Source of the DNA: Candidatus Woesearchaeota archaeon
GTDB lineage: Archaea > Nanobdellota > Nanobdellia > Woesearchaeales > SKIA01
Assembly (NCBI GenBank): GCA_046704725.1
Contig: JBJKRI010000006.1
Span: 64,001 to 128,000 of the forward strand
Reading direction: 5' to 3'
Length of the DNA stretch: 64,000 nt
Below are positions 35,549 to 45,639 of the stretch, in pieces. The position numbers were made by a program, and so were the translations under genes. The first letter of the stretch is position 1, and each line of letters opens with the position of its first letter. Below the pieces are notes generated by a model that saw only the letters and a list, made by a program, of their open reading frames with translations, was not told the DNA's origin and searched no databases.

Positions 35549-38209
35549 ATGCGAGGTGAGCCGTTCTATCAGCAGAAGATAGAAACGGTCCTCGCGCACT
35601 TCGGCACGGACGCCGACACGGGGCTCGATGAGAAGGGAGCGGCGGAGCTGCTGCGCATCCACGGGCCGAACACGATCGTCGAGCAGGAGAAAGAAGCGTG
35701 GTGGCGCATTCTCGCGCAACAGTTCTCGGGCATCCTCATCTACATCCTGATCGCCGCCGCACTGATATCAGGGTTGTTCGGGGAATGGGTGGATACCGGA
35801 GCGATCCTCGTCATCCTCATCGTCAACGGCATCATCGGCTACTGGCAGGAGCGCAAGGCGCAGGACAGCATCGAGGCGCTCAAGAAACTCGCGAGCAACA
35901 AGGCGACGGTGGTGCGCGGGGGAAAGACCGTACAGGTCGACGCCTCCGCATTGGTGCCGGGAGACCTGTTGCTGCTGGAGACCGGGGACCGGATACCGGC
36001 GGACGCGCGCATCGTCGAAGCGCACAGCCTGCAATTGCTCGAAGGCACCTTGACCGGCGAGAGCGCGCCCGTGAGCAAGAACGCCGAGACGATCGAGGGA
36101 GAGGCGTCGCTCGCCGAACGGACCGACATGGTCTACTCGGGGACGATCGTCACGAAAGGACGCGGAAGAGCGGTCATCACCGGGACGGGCATGAAGACGG
36201 AGATCGGGCGCATCGCGAACCTCATCCAGGAGACGAAGATCGAGCAGACGCCACTGCAGCGAGACCTGGATGTATTAGGCGGGAAGCTCGGCAAGCTCAT
36301 CCTCGGCATCTGCGCGGCCATCTTCGTCATCATCGTGGTATCGGACGGCGCGTTCACGCTTCGCGCCTTGCAGCCGCCGTTCATGCTCGCTGTTTCGCTC
36401 GCTGTGGCAGCGATACCCGAGGGACTGCCGATCGTCGTGACCATCGCGCTCGCGTTCGGCACGAAACGCATGGTTCGCAAGAACGCGCTCATCAAGCGCC
36501 TGGCGAGCGTGGAGACGCTCGGCAGCACGGACGTCATCTGCACGGACAAGACCGGGACCTTGACGAAGAACGAGATGACCGTCACACGCATCTGGCACGG
36601 GGGCAACACGATACCCGTGACGGGCACGGGCTACGGGCCCGACGGGGAGATCAAGGGCTTTTTGCCGCGTGTCGCCTTCGAGATATCGGCGTTGTGCAAC
36701 GACGCCAAGCTCACGCACTCGGACGAGGGATACGGCGTGATCGGCGACCCGACCGAAGGATGCTTGTTGACATTGTGCCGGAAGGCGAGCCTGGGCGAGG
36801 AGGAGCTGCGCGAGCGGCATAGACGGGCGGGGGAAGTGCCGTTCTCGAGCGAGCGAAAACGCATGAGCACGGTCAACGACTTCGACGGGAACCGATTGTT
36901 GCTGACGAAGGGAGCGCCGGACGTGGTGCTCGAGCACTGCACGCGCATACTCGACGGGGAGAACGAACGCGCGATAACCGACGCGGACAAGGCGGCGATA
37001 GTATCGGCGAACGAGGCCTTCGCCAAGGACGCATTGCGGGTATTGGCGCTCGCGTTCCGCTCGGTGCCCATCAAGCCCGACTACGATGAGAAGGACGAGA
37101 ACGGCTTGTGCTTCGTGTGCCTGACGGGCATGATCGACCCGCCGCGTCCGGAGGCGATCAGCGCGGTGCAGAAATGCAAGGACGCGGGCATCCGGGTTGT
37201 GATGATCACAGGAGACCACCAGGGGACGGCCGTCGCCATCGCCAAGGAGCTCGGCATCGAGGGACGGGCGGTGAACGGACAAGAGCTCGACGACATCGAC
37301 CTGGACAAGGAGGTGGAAGGCATCGGGGTGTACGCGCGCGTGAACCCCGAGCACAAGATGCGCATCGTGGACGCGCTGAAAAAGCGCGGGCACATCGTGG
37401 CCATGACGGGCGACGGCGTGAACGACGCCCCCGCGTTGAAACGCGCGGACATCGGCGTGGCCATGGGCATCACGGGAACGGACGTGGCGAAAGAGAGCGC
37501 CTCGATGATCCTCACCGACGATAACTTCACGAGCGTGGTCGCCGCCGTGGAAGAGGGCAGGAACATCTACGCGAACATCAAGAAGTTCGTGAACTATCTT
37601 CTGAGCAGCAACTTCGGAGAAGTGCTCGCGATATTCCTGGCCATCATGCTGTTCCGGCATGACGGCGAGGTCGTGTGGCCATTGACGGCCACGATGATAC
37701 TCTTGATGAACCTCGTGACGGACTCGCTTCCGGCACTCGCCCTGGGCGTGGACCCCGGCGATCCGAAAGCCATGACGCGGCCGCCGCGAGACCCGAAGAT
37801 ACGTATCATCAACCTCAACATGGGGACGAACATCGCGCTCATCGGCGTGCTCGTCGCCGGAGCGACGCTCTTCATGTTCAACTGGTCCTTGCAGCGCACG
37901 GGAAGCCTCGCGCACGCGCAGACCATGGCGTTGACGACGATCGTGCTGCTTGAGATCGTGCGTATAGCGATGATACGCGCGCAGTACAAGACGCCCGCAT
38001 TCAGTAACAAGTATCTCTTGTACGCGATCGGGATCGTGCTCGCCATACAAGCATTGACCGTTTACACGCCGTTCATGAACTTCGTGTTCGGCACCGTGCC
38101 GTTGTCGCTGGCGGACCTCGGGCTCGTGGCGTTGACGTGCGCGGCGACCTATGTCGTGGGCATGGTCATCGGACTGGTCGTGCGGCGCGTGACCGGACAG
38201 CGGGACTGA
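35549..38209 (+). CDS. cation-transporting P-type ATPase (type II, Ca2+-like)
   Basis: TGES, IPEGL, DKTGTLT, KGAPD, MITGD, TGDGVNDAPAL, NLVTD. Confidence 0.97.
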   Translation: MRGEPFYQQKIETVLAHFGTDADTGLDEKGAAELLRIHGPNTIVEQEKEAWWRILAQQFSGILIYILIAAALISGLFGEWVDTGAILVILIVNGIIGYWQERKAQDSIEALKKLASNKATVVRGGKTVQVDASALVPGDLLLLETGDRIPADARIVEAHSLQLLEGTLTGESAPVSKNAETIEGEASLAERTDMVYSGTIVTKGRGRAVITGTGMKTEIGRIANLIQETKIEQTPLQRDLDVLGGKLGKLILGICAAIFVIIVVSDGAFTLRALQPPFMLAVSLAVAAIPEGLPIVVTIALAFGTKRMVRKNALIKRLASVETLGSTDVICTDKTGTLTKNEMTVTRIWHGGNTIPVTGTGYGPDGEIKGFLPRVAFEISALCNDAKLTHSDEGYGVIGDPTEGCLLTLCRKASLGEEELRERHRRAGEVPFSSERKRMSTVNDFDGNRLLLTKGAPDVVLEHCTRILDGENERAITDADKAAIVSANEAFAKDALRVLALAFRSVPIKPDYDEKDENGLCFVCLTGMIDPPRPEAISAVQKCKDAGIRVVMITGDHQGTAVAIAKELGIEGRAVNGQELDDIDLDKEVEGIGVYARVNPEHKMRIVDALKKRGHIVAMTGDGVNDAPALKRADIGVAMGITGTDVAKESASMILTDDNFTSVVAAVEEGRNIYANIKKFVNYLLSSNFGEVLAIFLAIMLFRHDGEVVWPLTATMILLMNLVTDSLPALALGVDPGDPKAMTRPPRDPKIRIINLNMGTNIALIGVLVAGATLFMFNWSLQRTGSLAHAQTMALTTIVLLEIVRIAMIRAQYKTPAFSNKYLLYAIGIVLAIQALTVYTPFMNFVFGTVPLSLADLGLVALTCAATYVVGMVIGLVVRRVTGQRD

Positions 38210-38210
38210 A

Positions 38211-38477
38211 TCACGCCTTGTTCTGCGCCTCGATGCGCTTGTTCCCCTCGACGAAATAGTGCTTGGTCGCGAATTCCTTCAGGAGACGGGCACAGTTGCG
38301 CACATTGTCCTCCGGGCGCCGGTGGTATCGGGACAGATAACGGGCCATCGAGTTGTAGATGCCGCCCTCGTCGAGAACCGCATGGCACGGCATGGCGTCG
38401 AAGCGCACGACAGACTTATTGATGCTGATCGCGTAGGAGACGAGCCGCTCGCACCACTCCTTATCGGTCGGGGGCAT
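38211..38477 (-). pseudogene. C-terminally truncated Fic/Doc toxin
   Basis: HYFVEGNKR Doc motif followed by a stop only 7 codons later. Confidence 0.65.
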
Positions 38478-38481
38478 GCGC

Positions 38482-38589
38482 CTACAGCTTGGCGAGCTCT
38501 TCCATCAGCCGGCGGTTGCGCCTGATGAGCTTCTGGACCGCGTTGGAGACGCGGGTGGCACTGAGTTCGTGATCGAGCTCCGACGGCAT
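38482..38589 (-). CDS. small putative antitoxin for Doc
   Basis: 35 aa ending RRNRRLMEELAKL, immediately upstream of the Doc ORF. Confidence 0.5.
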   Translation of the reverse strand: MPSELDHELSATRVSNAVQKLIRRNRRLMEELAKL

Positions 38590-38715
38590 CCGGGTCTCCC
38601 GTCGAGAGCCGTTAATAAATCTTCTGTTGGTCATAGACAGCCTCCGCACCCAAGGATAGGAAGGCGAATGCACATAAAAGGCTTGCGCGAGAAAGTCCTG
38701 TGAGCGGGCGGGGAG

Positions 38716-38830
38716 TCAGCCGTAGCGCTCGACGACGCCCTCGGAGACGATCCCGACCGTGCCGTCGGTGACTTTCAAGGCGGACTGGTCGTCCAGGGCG
38801 TAGACGATGCCGGGGATGCGTTTGTGGCTT
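38716..38830 (-). pseudogene. C-terminal remnant of a peptidase E (S51)/GATase1-like gene
   Basis: IPGIVYALDDQSALKVTDGTVGIVSEG matches the family C-terminus; no plausible N-terminal part. Confidence 0.5.
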
Positions 38831-39062
38831 CCTTCAGGACGGCGTCGCGGGCCTTGGGGGAATGGGGGCTGTCGAGGTGGGGGCATGGAAATCGACGAGG
38901 GAGAGGCCTTCCCCCGGCTCCGCCTCGCTGTCGCCGTACAAGAGGGTGGAGACGGAAGGGACGGGGTGGTGAGGAGGAGACGCATGATACGCTGGGAGAA
39001 GAGAGGTATTGGGGAAAGCTTCAAGAACCTGCGCGAGGATACGCTCGCGGAGGGAAGGACAC

Positions 39063-39239
39063 GTGACGACATGGGAATATACGATGGTTGAAGGCGCATT
39101 CGATGCGATCAGGGAGAAGAACTCGTTGATATCCAAGCTGGACGCTGCAGGACAAGAAGGCTGGGAACTCGTCTGCACAGAGCGCAAAGCGGGTTCCATC
39201 GTCTTGATACAGGCGATACTGAAGAGGAAGAAGGAGTAG
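39063..39239 (+). CDS. DUF4177-like small protein
   Basis: WEY...LDAAGQEGWELV...LKRK; GTG start after GGAAGGA. Confidence 0.75.
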   Translation: MTTWEYTMVEGAFDAIREKNSLISKLDAAGQEGWELVCTERKAGSIVLIQAILKRKKE

Positions 39240-39373
39240 GGAAAGAGGAGTGAGGGGGCGAGCGGCAAAGCAGAGTCGACTCTATGCAAAGAAGTATACA
39301 GCCCAGATGATAGCCAATCCGACTATCCACACAGTGAAGTAAGCGGACCATAAAGGCAATTCAATGTATCGAG

Positions 39374-40102
39374 TCATATACGAACCACCTCCACATCAGG
39401 ATATTGACTCTTCAATGCATCCTTCCATTCAGAGTACATCCGAGGATGCGCTTGAACGCGGAAAAGAACCACGATCAGAAAATCGAAGTGCTTGGCGTAT
39501 CGCATTGCCTTATCAGCTATAGTCTGTAAATCCTTGCTAAGGGTTGGTCCCTTCACTTCAATAGCGATATCTTCAATCACAATGTCTGGTCGCGACCTTC
39601 CTCGTTGCACTTCAACTTTACTGTTGGGGAAATGCGTTCTGAGATAACCTTGTAGTTCTCCCTGATATCCTTCTTCGGTTTTCCAACGTCGGCTTGGTTC
39701 GAACTCCTTGATTGCCTTCAACACTCTTCGCGGCAAGGATCGCGCTTCGTCTTCGTCTTGCCATTGGGCAATCTGTGCTTTCGTTCCCCATCTTTCACCC
39801 ACGAACGGAGAGTTATACAGAGAAAGTCCTTTCTCCTTCATTTTCGTGACATATCGCTTTCGTTCCGCAGCTTCCTTCGCCGAGCGTTTCATCAATTCAG
39901 CACTCTCCCTCTCAGATCTCACATATTCAACGTGTTTACCATACACGAAAACCATGCAAATAGACCAAAAAATGGAAACAATTGTCGCAATCAACCACAT
40001 GTTGCGTGCAACCCACAAGAATACCTGTTTCAATATGTACCAGAGAAATGCAAGAATAAGTATCCCTGCAACGAGCAACCAAGAGTAGTTGTCATCAGGC
40101 AT
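39374..40102 (-). CDS. membrane-anchored PD-(D/E)xK nuclease-like protein
   Basis: two N-terminal TM helices, coiled coil, then EEGYQGEL...RPDIVIEDIAIEVKG. Confidence 0.75.
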   Translation of the reverse strand: MPDDNYSWLLVAGILILAFLWYILKQVFLWVARNMWLIATIVSIFWSICMVFVYGKHVEYVRSERESAELMKRSAKEAAERKRYVTKMKEKGLSLYNSPFVGERWGTKAQIAQWQDEDEARSLPRRVLKAIKEFEPSRRWKTEEGYQGELQGYLRTHFPNSKVEVQRGRSRPDIVIEDIAIEVKGPTLSKDLQTIADKAMRYAKHFDFLIVVLFRVQAHPRMYSEWKDALKSQYPDVEVVRI

Positions 40103-40198
40103 CTGTCGTTAGCAAAGCACTGCCTCGCTATTTCAATCTATCGCGTAATCTTCTAAACGGCCCAAATAACATTCTATAATCACTTCACACTGAGCGCA

Positions 40199-40735
40199 TC
40201 AATGCGCAAACATGAGACTATAATCGTCCCAGGGATTGTTCAACGTGCCGTTGGCCTTGTGGAGCCGATAGAGGAACTTGAGATACTTCGAGAGGACGTG
40301 CTTTCGCGGCAGGTCCTCCCGGCCGAACTTCGATTCCCACCATTCGAAGAGCTCCCTGTTTCCCTTTGAGGAGTTGCAGGACTTGCAGCAGAGGACGAGA
40401 TTGTGGCCCTTGTCGGACATGAACTTCCCGATGATGCTCCGCGGGATGATGTGCTCATAGGTGAGGTCTTCAGTAGAGCCGCAATAGATGCATTCATGGT
40501 TATCGTTCTTGATGGCGATCTTCTCGTCCCGAAGATAGTCGCTCATGCTCTTCTTGCCGGAATCAAGTATCTTGTACTGGTGGACGATAAGGCCGAAATG
40601 CTTGTTGAGGACGCTGCGCTTGCTCGAATCCTCGCCTTTGGACCTGAGGATTGCACGGGCGATGACGGCGGCGTACTGGAAGAGGATCCAGTCCTTGACG
40701 GTCTTGATGCCGACGTACGGAGGTTTCTTCGCCAT
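40199..40735 (-). CDS. HNH endonuclease
   Basis: CIYCG, TYEHIIPRS, HNLVLCCKSCNSSKG; start placed at ATG 40735. Confidence 0.9.
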   Translation of the reverse strand: MAKKPPYVGIKTVKDWILFQYAAVIARAILRSKGEDSSKRSVLNKHFGLIVHQYKILDSGKKSMSDYLRDEKIAIKNDNHECIYCGSTEDLTYEHIIPRSIIGKFMSDKGHNLVLCCKSCNSSKGNRELFEWWESKFGREDLPRKHVLSKYLKFLYRLHKANGTLNNPWDDYSLMFAH

Positions 40736-40889
40736 TTCGAACGGCCTGACAGTCGTCTTGGAACATCGTATATAACGATTCTGAAAGAATCGGGGAAGAA
40801 GTATAGAGAGTATATTGCGGAGAAATATAATCTCACCTTGATAACTATGAAACAACAATAGGCTCGAATAGCCCGTGACTAATTAGAAA

Positions 40890-41570
40890 ATGCTGTCACC
40901 AGATTTTACTGAAGACCTGTTAGCATTTGTCACGCTGTCTTCAATGACCAATACTTGTAATTATAGCAAGATGCCCAAATTCATCTCAAGGCAACAAGAG
41001 AGTAAGGTGGGTTGGGACGCTCAGCTAGGCCTGCTATTTTTTCAATTCAAACTAACCAAAGAACTGCTGCGGCGTCCATGCAAACAGTTGCGCACACCAT
41101 ACTTCAAAATAGACATCTACCCCAAGAATCGATTTCATCAACACAACATTCTTTGTAAATGGGCGCACAATTTCCCGTTCACATTCTATTGCACACTAGA
41201 AACGACAGAGTACCAACAACTAGACCGTTGGTATCACTTGAGGAGAATACTTCCACACACTGCGCTATTCAAGCCACTAGACATAGGAGCAATCTCAGGC
41301 ACTGGATCTCACAAAATTGTATACTCGCCAAATACTCCACACTGCGCATATTTCATGTCAGAACCGAAATCTCTTGAAAGGTACTCATTCGAATTCATAA
41401 TTAGGCAACCGCACATACAGAACACAGCGTTAAGCAGCGTGATAGACATTTTGAAAGAAATCGTTCCTAATTCTATACCGACAGACAATAAGCTAAGCTT
41501 TACAAGCGTAAGAGAGATTGTACGCAAGACCTTGGGTTTGGAGATGCTAGCAGTAGAAATCAAGAGATAA
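40890..41570 (+). CDS. restriction-endonuclease-fold (PD-(D/E)xK-like) hypothetical protein
   Basis: SRQQESKVGWDA...LFFQFK pattern, then QHNIL...FYC. Confidence 0.5.
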   Translation: MLSPDFTEDLLAFVTLSSMTNTCNYSKMPKFISRQQESKVGWDAQLGLLFFQFKLTKELLRRPCKQLRTPYFKIDIYPKNRFHQHNILCKWAHNFPFTFYCTLETTEYQQLDRWYHLRRILPHTALFKPLDIGAISGTGSHKIVYSPNTPHCAYFMSEPKSLERYSFEFIIRQPHIQNTALSSVIDILKEIVPNSIPTDNKLSFTSVREIVRKTLGLEMLAVEIKR

Positions 41571-41638
41571 TCGCGCAAATAGTACAATATATACAAACAT
41601 TAAATAAGCAGAATTTCTCCGCCATTCACTTACAGAAA

Positions 41639-43747
41639 ATGACTAAAAAGTATCTACAACTGACTCCCCATAAGGGAGAATTCCCGAGACCCGTCCCCAG
41701 AAGCACACAGAAACACTATAGATTGGAAGCTGAGATTCGTACAATGCTAACACCTTTTGTTACGACTTCTGATCACAAAATTGCCGTCGGTCGGCGACGA
41801 TACTTTATGATTGAATTTGGAGACTACTACACTAGCAATGATGCACAGAAGGCTTTGAAATTCTTTAAAGCGCGTCAAGAGAGGGTGCTTAGTGACTTTT
41901 CAGTCATCGCTTCCGTAGATCAAGACGATGTTTTACGATGGACCGAAGGAACAATATTCAAATACGTCCGAGGAGTTGTGAAAGGCGTTTCTGAAGTTAC
42001 CGACAACTCTAAGATAGGAAAATCCCTCGTCGAACAACTTGAGTCAATACCAACTGGATCTGAACTAGAAGTGACAATACTATTGTATGAGGGAGGATCA
42101 ACCCTCATATCGGATATCATTTCTAGAATCAAGGAACTAGATTCGGCGTGTTCAGTCATTTCTACTTACGACGAAATACGTGCATTATCAGTGCGAACGA
42201 AAATACCTTGCATCACTACAATTTCAGAATGGGAAGATGTCCAAAAGGTATTCGGCACAGCTCTGACCCAAGACCGCCAATCAAATTTCGCGTTCTTTCC
42301 TGTCGAAGGAACGACCAAACTTAACACCACGTATCCTACAGCAACGGCAACAATCGTAGATACAGGCGTAAACTTCTCTGTACTCAATTTGCGTGGAAAA
42401 AGTTCAGATAAGGACGGCCACGGCACTGCTGTGGCTGCACTGGTCGCATTCGGAGATACGCTTCGATTAGAAGAAGCAGTGCAAACTGTGGAGGTACACG
42501 AAATTAACACGAAAATCGGAGAAAACAATGACATTGTTGGTGGAGTCCTTCAATCACTCAGAGAATCAAAAGACGGAAGTGTAATCTGCATGGCGCAAAA
42601 CGCTTGGGAAATGGACTTCGGTCTCCGGCGTTCGCTCAGTGAGCGTCTCGACAGAATAGTACAAAGTAAAAATGTGTTGTTTATCAACTCAGCAGGAAAT
42701 ATTGGAAACGACGATGTGCTTGACAATGCTTCAGACGAAAATGTACACGTGCGAAACTTTGACGTGTTCTTCCCGGCGGAGATGAGACAGTCCCTTGTCA
42801 TAGGCTGCGCAGAAGTTAGCGAAAAAACACCTGCTGCAGACACCAGATATGGGATTAACCCTGCGTTTGTTGAAAGGGCACGCGATGAGTTCCTATATCT
42901 CAAACCTGAGATATGCGTGACTGGAGCGTACGCAACAGCACGCGAACGAAGGCAAGCGGCGACTCCAGAACATATGTTAATAAGCATCAATCATGAGGGC
43001 AAGCGAGTGGGAGTGATAGGTTCAAGCTACGCTACAGCGATTATGACCAACATCGCCGCAAAACTTGTGAACAGAATAAAGAACAGATTCCGCAACTCTG
43101 AAACGTGGAAAGCTATACTTATCAATCGGTCGAAATTAGAATACTTCCCTTCACGCGGGAATGATCGCTGGCCACTATTTGTGACAAGGCCAACCGATAA
43201 CCCAGAACAAATATCAGACGGAATCTATCTTGGGTTCGAAGGAAAAATTAAGCCCTCTCAGCAGTTCATTCACAGAAATAAACACAACTACGTGATTGGG
43301 GAGGAAGTCAAATTCTACGTTCCCAAAGGCATCAAGAGCGTTCGAATCGTACTTTGTCATTCAAACGATTCCGCATGGCAGAGGATAGATGCTCCAGCAG
43401 TCGCGTTTGTCACAAAAATAACAACTGCGCGACATAATAAGAAGTCAAAATACAGCACATTTGCGAAGCCTACACATACCCATTATGGAGAGTACCAAGT
43501 AAGAGCAGAAGACGAAGAACAAGAATGGACCCTAACGCTCAAAGCTTGGAGTTACAGAGTTCCCGAAGATGAGAAGGAACAGGTGCAAGTAAGATACGGA
43601 ATCAGCATCAAATTGATTCCTCGACAGATAAGTGAGCTCGACAAACTCTATGATATCATAGAGTCAAAACTTGGCATCTCAAGCGATACGGAGAAAACCC
43701 CAGTAGAGCATTTGACAGAGGTGTCAGATACACCTACTCCTGCATAG
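41639..43747 (+). CDS. S8 (subtilase) serine peptidase, IetS/Y4bN-like defence-associated type
   Basis: IVDTGV (Asp), DGHGTAVA (His), NSAGN, KPEICVTG, GSSYATA (Ser); no signal peptide; C-terminal VRYGISIKL. Confidence 0.85.
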   Translation: MTKKYLQLTPHKGEFPRPVPRSTQKHYRLEAEIRTMLTPFVTTSDHKIAVGRRRYFMIEFGDYYTSNDAQKALKFFKARQERVLSDFSVIASVDQDDVLRWTEGTIFKYVRGVVKGVSEVTDNSKIGKSLVEQLESIPTGSELEVTILLYEGGSTLISDIISRIKELDSACSVISTYDEIRALSVRTKIPCITTISEWEDVQKVFGTALTQDRQSNFAFFPVEGTTKLNTTYPTATATIVDTGVNFSVLNLRGKSSDKDGHGTAVAALVAFGDTLRLEEAVQTVEVHEINTKIGENNDIVGGVLQSLRESKDGSVICMAQNAWEMDFGLRRSLSERLDRIVQSKNVLFINSAGNIGNDDVLDNASDENVHVRNFDVFFPAEMRQSLVIGCAEVSEKTPAADTRYGINPAFVERARDEFLYLKPEICVTGAYATARERRQAATPEHMLISINHEGKRVGVIGSSYATAIMTNIAAKLVNRIKNRFRNSETWKAILINRSKLEYFPSRGNDRWPLFVTRPTDNPEQISDGIYLGFEGKIKPSQQFIHRNKHNYVIGEEVKFYVPKGIKSVRIVLCHSNDSAWQRIDAPAVAFVTKITTARHNKKSKYSTFAKPTHTHYGEYQVRAEDEEQEWTLTLKAWSYRVPEDEKEQVQVRYGISIKLIPRQISELDKLYDIIESKLGISSDTEKTPVEHLTEVSDTPTPA

Positions 43748-43750
43748 CGT

Positions 43751-44860
43751 TCACCGCTCCCCCACATACCCGCCTTCAACGCCGTTCTTCGACAGCACCA
43801 ATTGCCACAATCCAATCTTCCGCGCCCGGAACGCCCCGGCAGATGTAAGAAGATAGAACCGCCACATCCGGTAGAACCGTTCCGAGTACGCCTTTTTCAG
43901 TCCGTCCCAAGCAGCGACGAAGCTCTTCTCCCAAGCCAATAACGTCCGATCATAGTACTGCCCGAAGGAGTGCCAGTCCTCCAACACGAACTCCTTCTCG
44001 AAAGCGGCTATCTGCGTGGGCGACGGCAAGTGCCCGTTCGGGAAGATGTACTTGTCCGTCCAGGGATTCGTCGCCACCGACGACTTGTTCGCGCCGATCG
44101 TGTGCAACAAGAACAATCCGTCGTCGGAAAGGCACCGCGCAGCCGTCCTGAAGTACGCAGCGTAGTTCTTGCGGCCGACGTGCTCGAACATGCCGACAGA
44201 CACGATCCTATCGAAGGTCTCGTGCAGGTCCCGATAGTCCTGCACGCGTATCTTGACGGGCAAGCCAGCGACCATCCTCTTGGCGAGCTTGGCCTGCTCC
44301 TTGGAGATGGTCACGCCAACGACGGACACGCCATGTTCCGAAGCGAGATGCTTGGCAAGGCCTCCCCAGCCGCAGCCGATGTCGAGCACGCGCATGCCCT
44401 TCTCGAGCTTCAGTTTGCGCGCGATCAGGTCCATCTTCGCTTTCTGCGCGAGGTCGAGCGTGTCGACATCCTTCCAATAGCCGCACGAGTACTGCATGAA
44501 GGGGTCGAGCATGGCGGTGAACAGGTCGTTGCCGCGGTCGTAGTGCTCCTTCCCCACCTGCAACGAGCGGCGCTTGGTCTGCCGGTTGAACACGGCGGCC
44601 TTCACGTAGTGCCACGCCAGGGAGAACGTCACCGGCACTTTCCGCGTCAAATTCGCGCGCATCGCGCGAAAGGAGAGTTCATCCAGGGCGGAGCAATCCC
44701 ACCAGCCGTCCATGTAGGACTCGCCCAGCGCCAAGACCCCGCCAGAAAGCACCCTCTTGTAGAAGCGCTCATCGTGCACGACGAGATCCCACGGCCGCTT
44801 CCCATCCGTCCTGATATCTGCCAAGGACAGTATCCGCGAGACCTCTTGCTGGGCTGTCAC
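43751..44860 (-). CDS. cfa: cyclopropane-fatty-acyl-phospholipid synthase
   Basis: LGESYMDGWWD, HYDRGNDLF, MQYSCGYW, VLDIGCGWGG, IVSVGMFEHVG, KYIFPNG; start GTG 44860 or ATG 44884. Confidence 0.95.
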   Translation of the reverse strand: MTAQQEVSRILSLADIRTDGKRPWDLVVHDERFYKRVLSGGVLALGESYMDGWWDCSALDELSFRAMRANLTRKVPVTFSLAWHYVKAAVFNRQTKRRSLQVGKEHYDRGNDLFTAMLDPFMQYSCGYWKDVDTLDLAQKAKMDLIARKLKLEKGMRVLDIGCGWGGLAKHLASEHGVSVVGVTISKEQAKLAKRMVAGLPVKIRVQDYRDLHETFDRIVSVGMFEHVGRKNYAAYFRTAARCLSDDGLFLLHTIGANKSSVATNPWTDKYIFPNGHLPSPTQIAAFEKEFVLEDWHSFGQYYDRTLLAWEKSFVAAWDGLKKAYSERFYRMWRFYLLTSAGAFRARKIGLWQLVLSKNGVEGGYVGER

Positions 44861-44948
44861 AAGAGGACCCAAAGAGGCGAGCATAAATGTCTTTTCCTCT
44901 GTGCTTGACGTCCACAAGCGCGTTAAAGAAGGACCGCTTCGACCACGC

Positions 44949-45122
44949 ATGACCCGCCTGACTCCTGCAAAAAAGAAGGCCCTCGAAGGCCGCAAGCAGC
45001 AGGAGATCGAGCGGGCGGTCGAGGAGCTGCGCAAGCTCTACGGCAGCCAGCCGGGCACCAAGACGCTCACGAGGGAGGAGCGCAACGCCCTCGCCCTCAA
45101 GGAATACCCGCCGCCGGAGTAG
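44949..45122 (+). CDS. small antitoxin-like protein (paralog of the C-terminal half of 45640-45888)
   Basis: RAVEELRKLYGS...TREE resembles QAIEVLKKLAGS...TKEE. Confidence 0.5.
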   Translation: MTRLTPAKKKALEGRKQQEIERAVEELRKLYGSQPGTKTLTREERNALALKEYPPPE

Positions 45123-45125
45123 TCA

Positions 45126-45167
45126 TTCCGGAAATCCTTCGGGAATCCCGGAAGAAGTCACAGGACA
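45126..45167 (+). repeat. intergenic repeat copy 1: 11-6-11 inverted repeat + conserved tail
   Basis: TTCCGGAAATC-CTTCGG-GAATCCCGGAA-GAAGTCACAGGACA. Confidence 0.9.
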
Positions 45168-45211
45168 GCCACGGACGCCCCGCATAAGAGGAGCGGCGGC
45201 TTCGACAGAGT

Positions 45212-45604
45212 ATGGACCTGTATCTCGACACGAACATCATCATGGACTTCCTGCTGCAGCGCGATTCCGCCGCGTACCGCGTGTTGATGGAGGGGTTCGC
45301 CTGCAAGCATCGATTCATCATCTGCGATCTCGTTCTTGCCGAGCTCAAGTTCCAAGGGCTCGGAACGGAAGGCGAATCATTCATCACTCTCAGCGCGGCC
45401 ACGCGCAAGCTCCGCGTCGAAGCCATCACTATTGATGACCGCCAGCACGCGAAGCGATGGGTGCGCGAGGGCCTCACCCATCGCAACGATGCGTTGCACG
45501 CCGCGATCGCGAACAGGAAGTGCGAAGGACGGATACTCACGAAGAACATCAAGGACTTCCGCCGCGTCCCGCACAGCAAGCCGATACACCCTGATAACAT
45601 ATGA
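45212..45604 (+). CDS. PIN-domain (VapC-like) toxin
   Basis: LYLDTNII, VLAEL, NDALHAAIA, LTKNIKDF. Confidence 0.9.
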   Translation: MDLYLDTNIIMDFLLQRDSAAYRVLMEGFACKHRFIICDLVLAELKFQGLGTEGESFITLSAATRKLRVEAITIDDRQHAKRWVREGLTHRNDALHAAIANRKCEGRILTKNIKDFRRVPHSKPIHPDNI

Positions 45605-45639
45605 TAACATTTATAATGCGCAATCGCTTGCTCCAGCGC

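Larger units (their letters stand above)
39240..43750. mobile_element. AT-rich horizontally acquired defence-like island
   Basis: abrupt drop in GC content and codon bias versus flanks; three nuclease-like genes and an S8 protease; no integrase or att site identified. Confidence 0.6.

Noticed and set aside
38807-39091. Purine-rich + strand ORF
   Set aside because: No motif, atypical composition, overlaps the peptidase remnant and the better-supported DUF4177-like gene.
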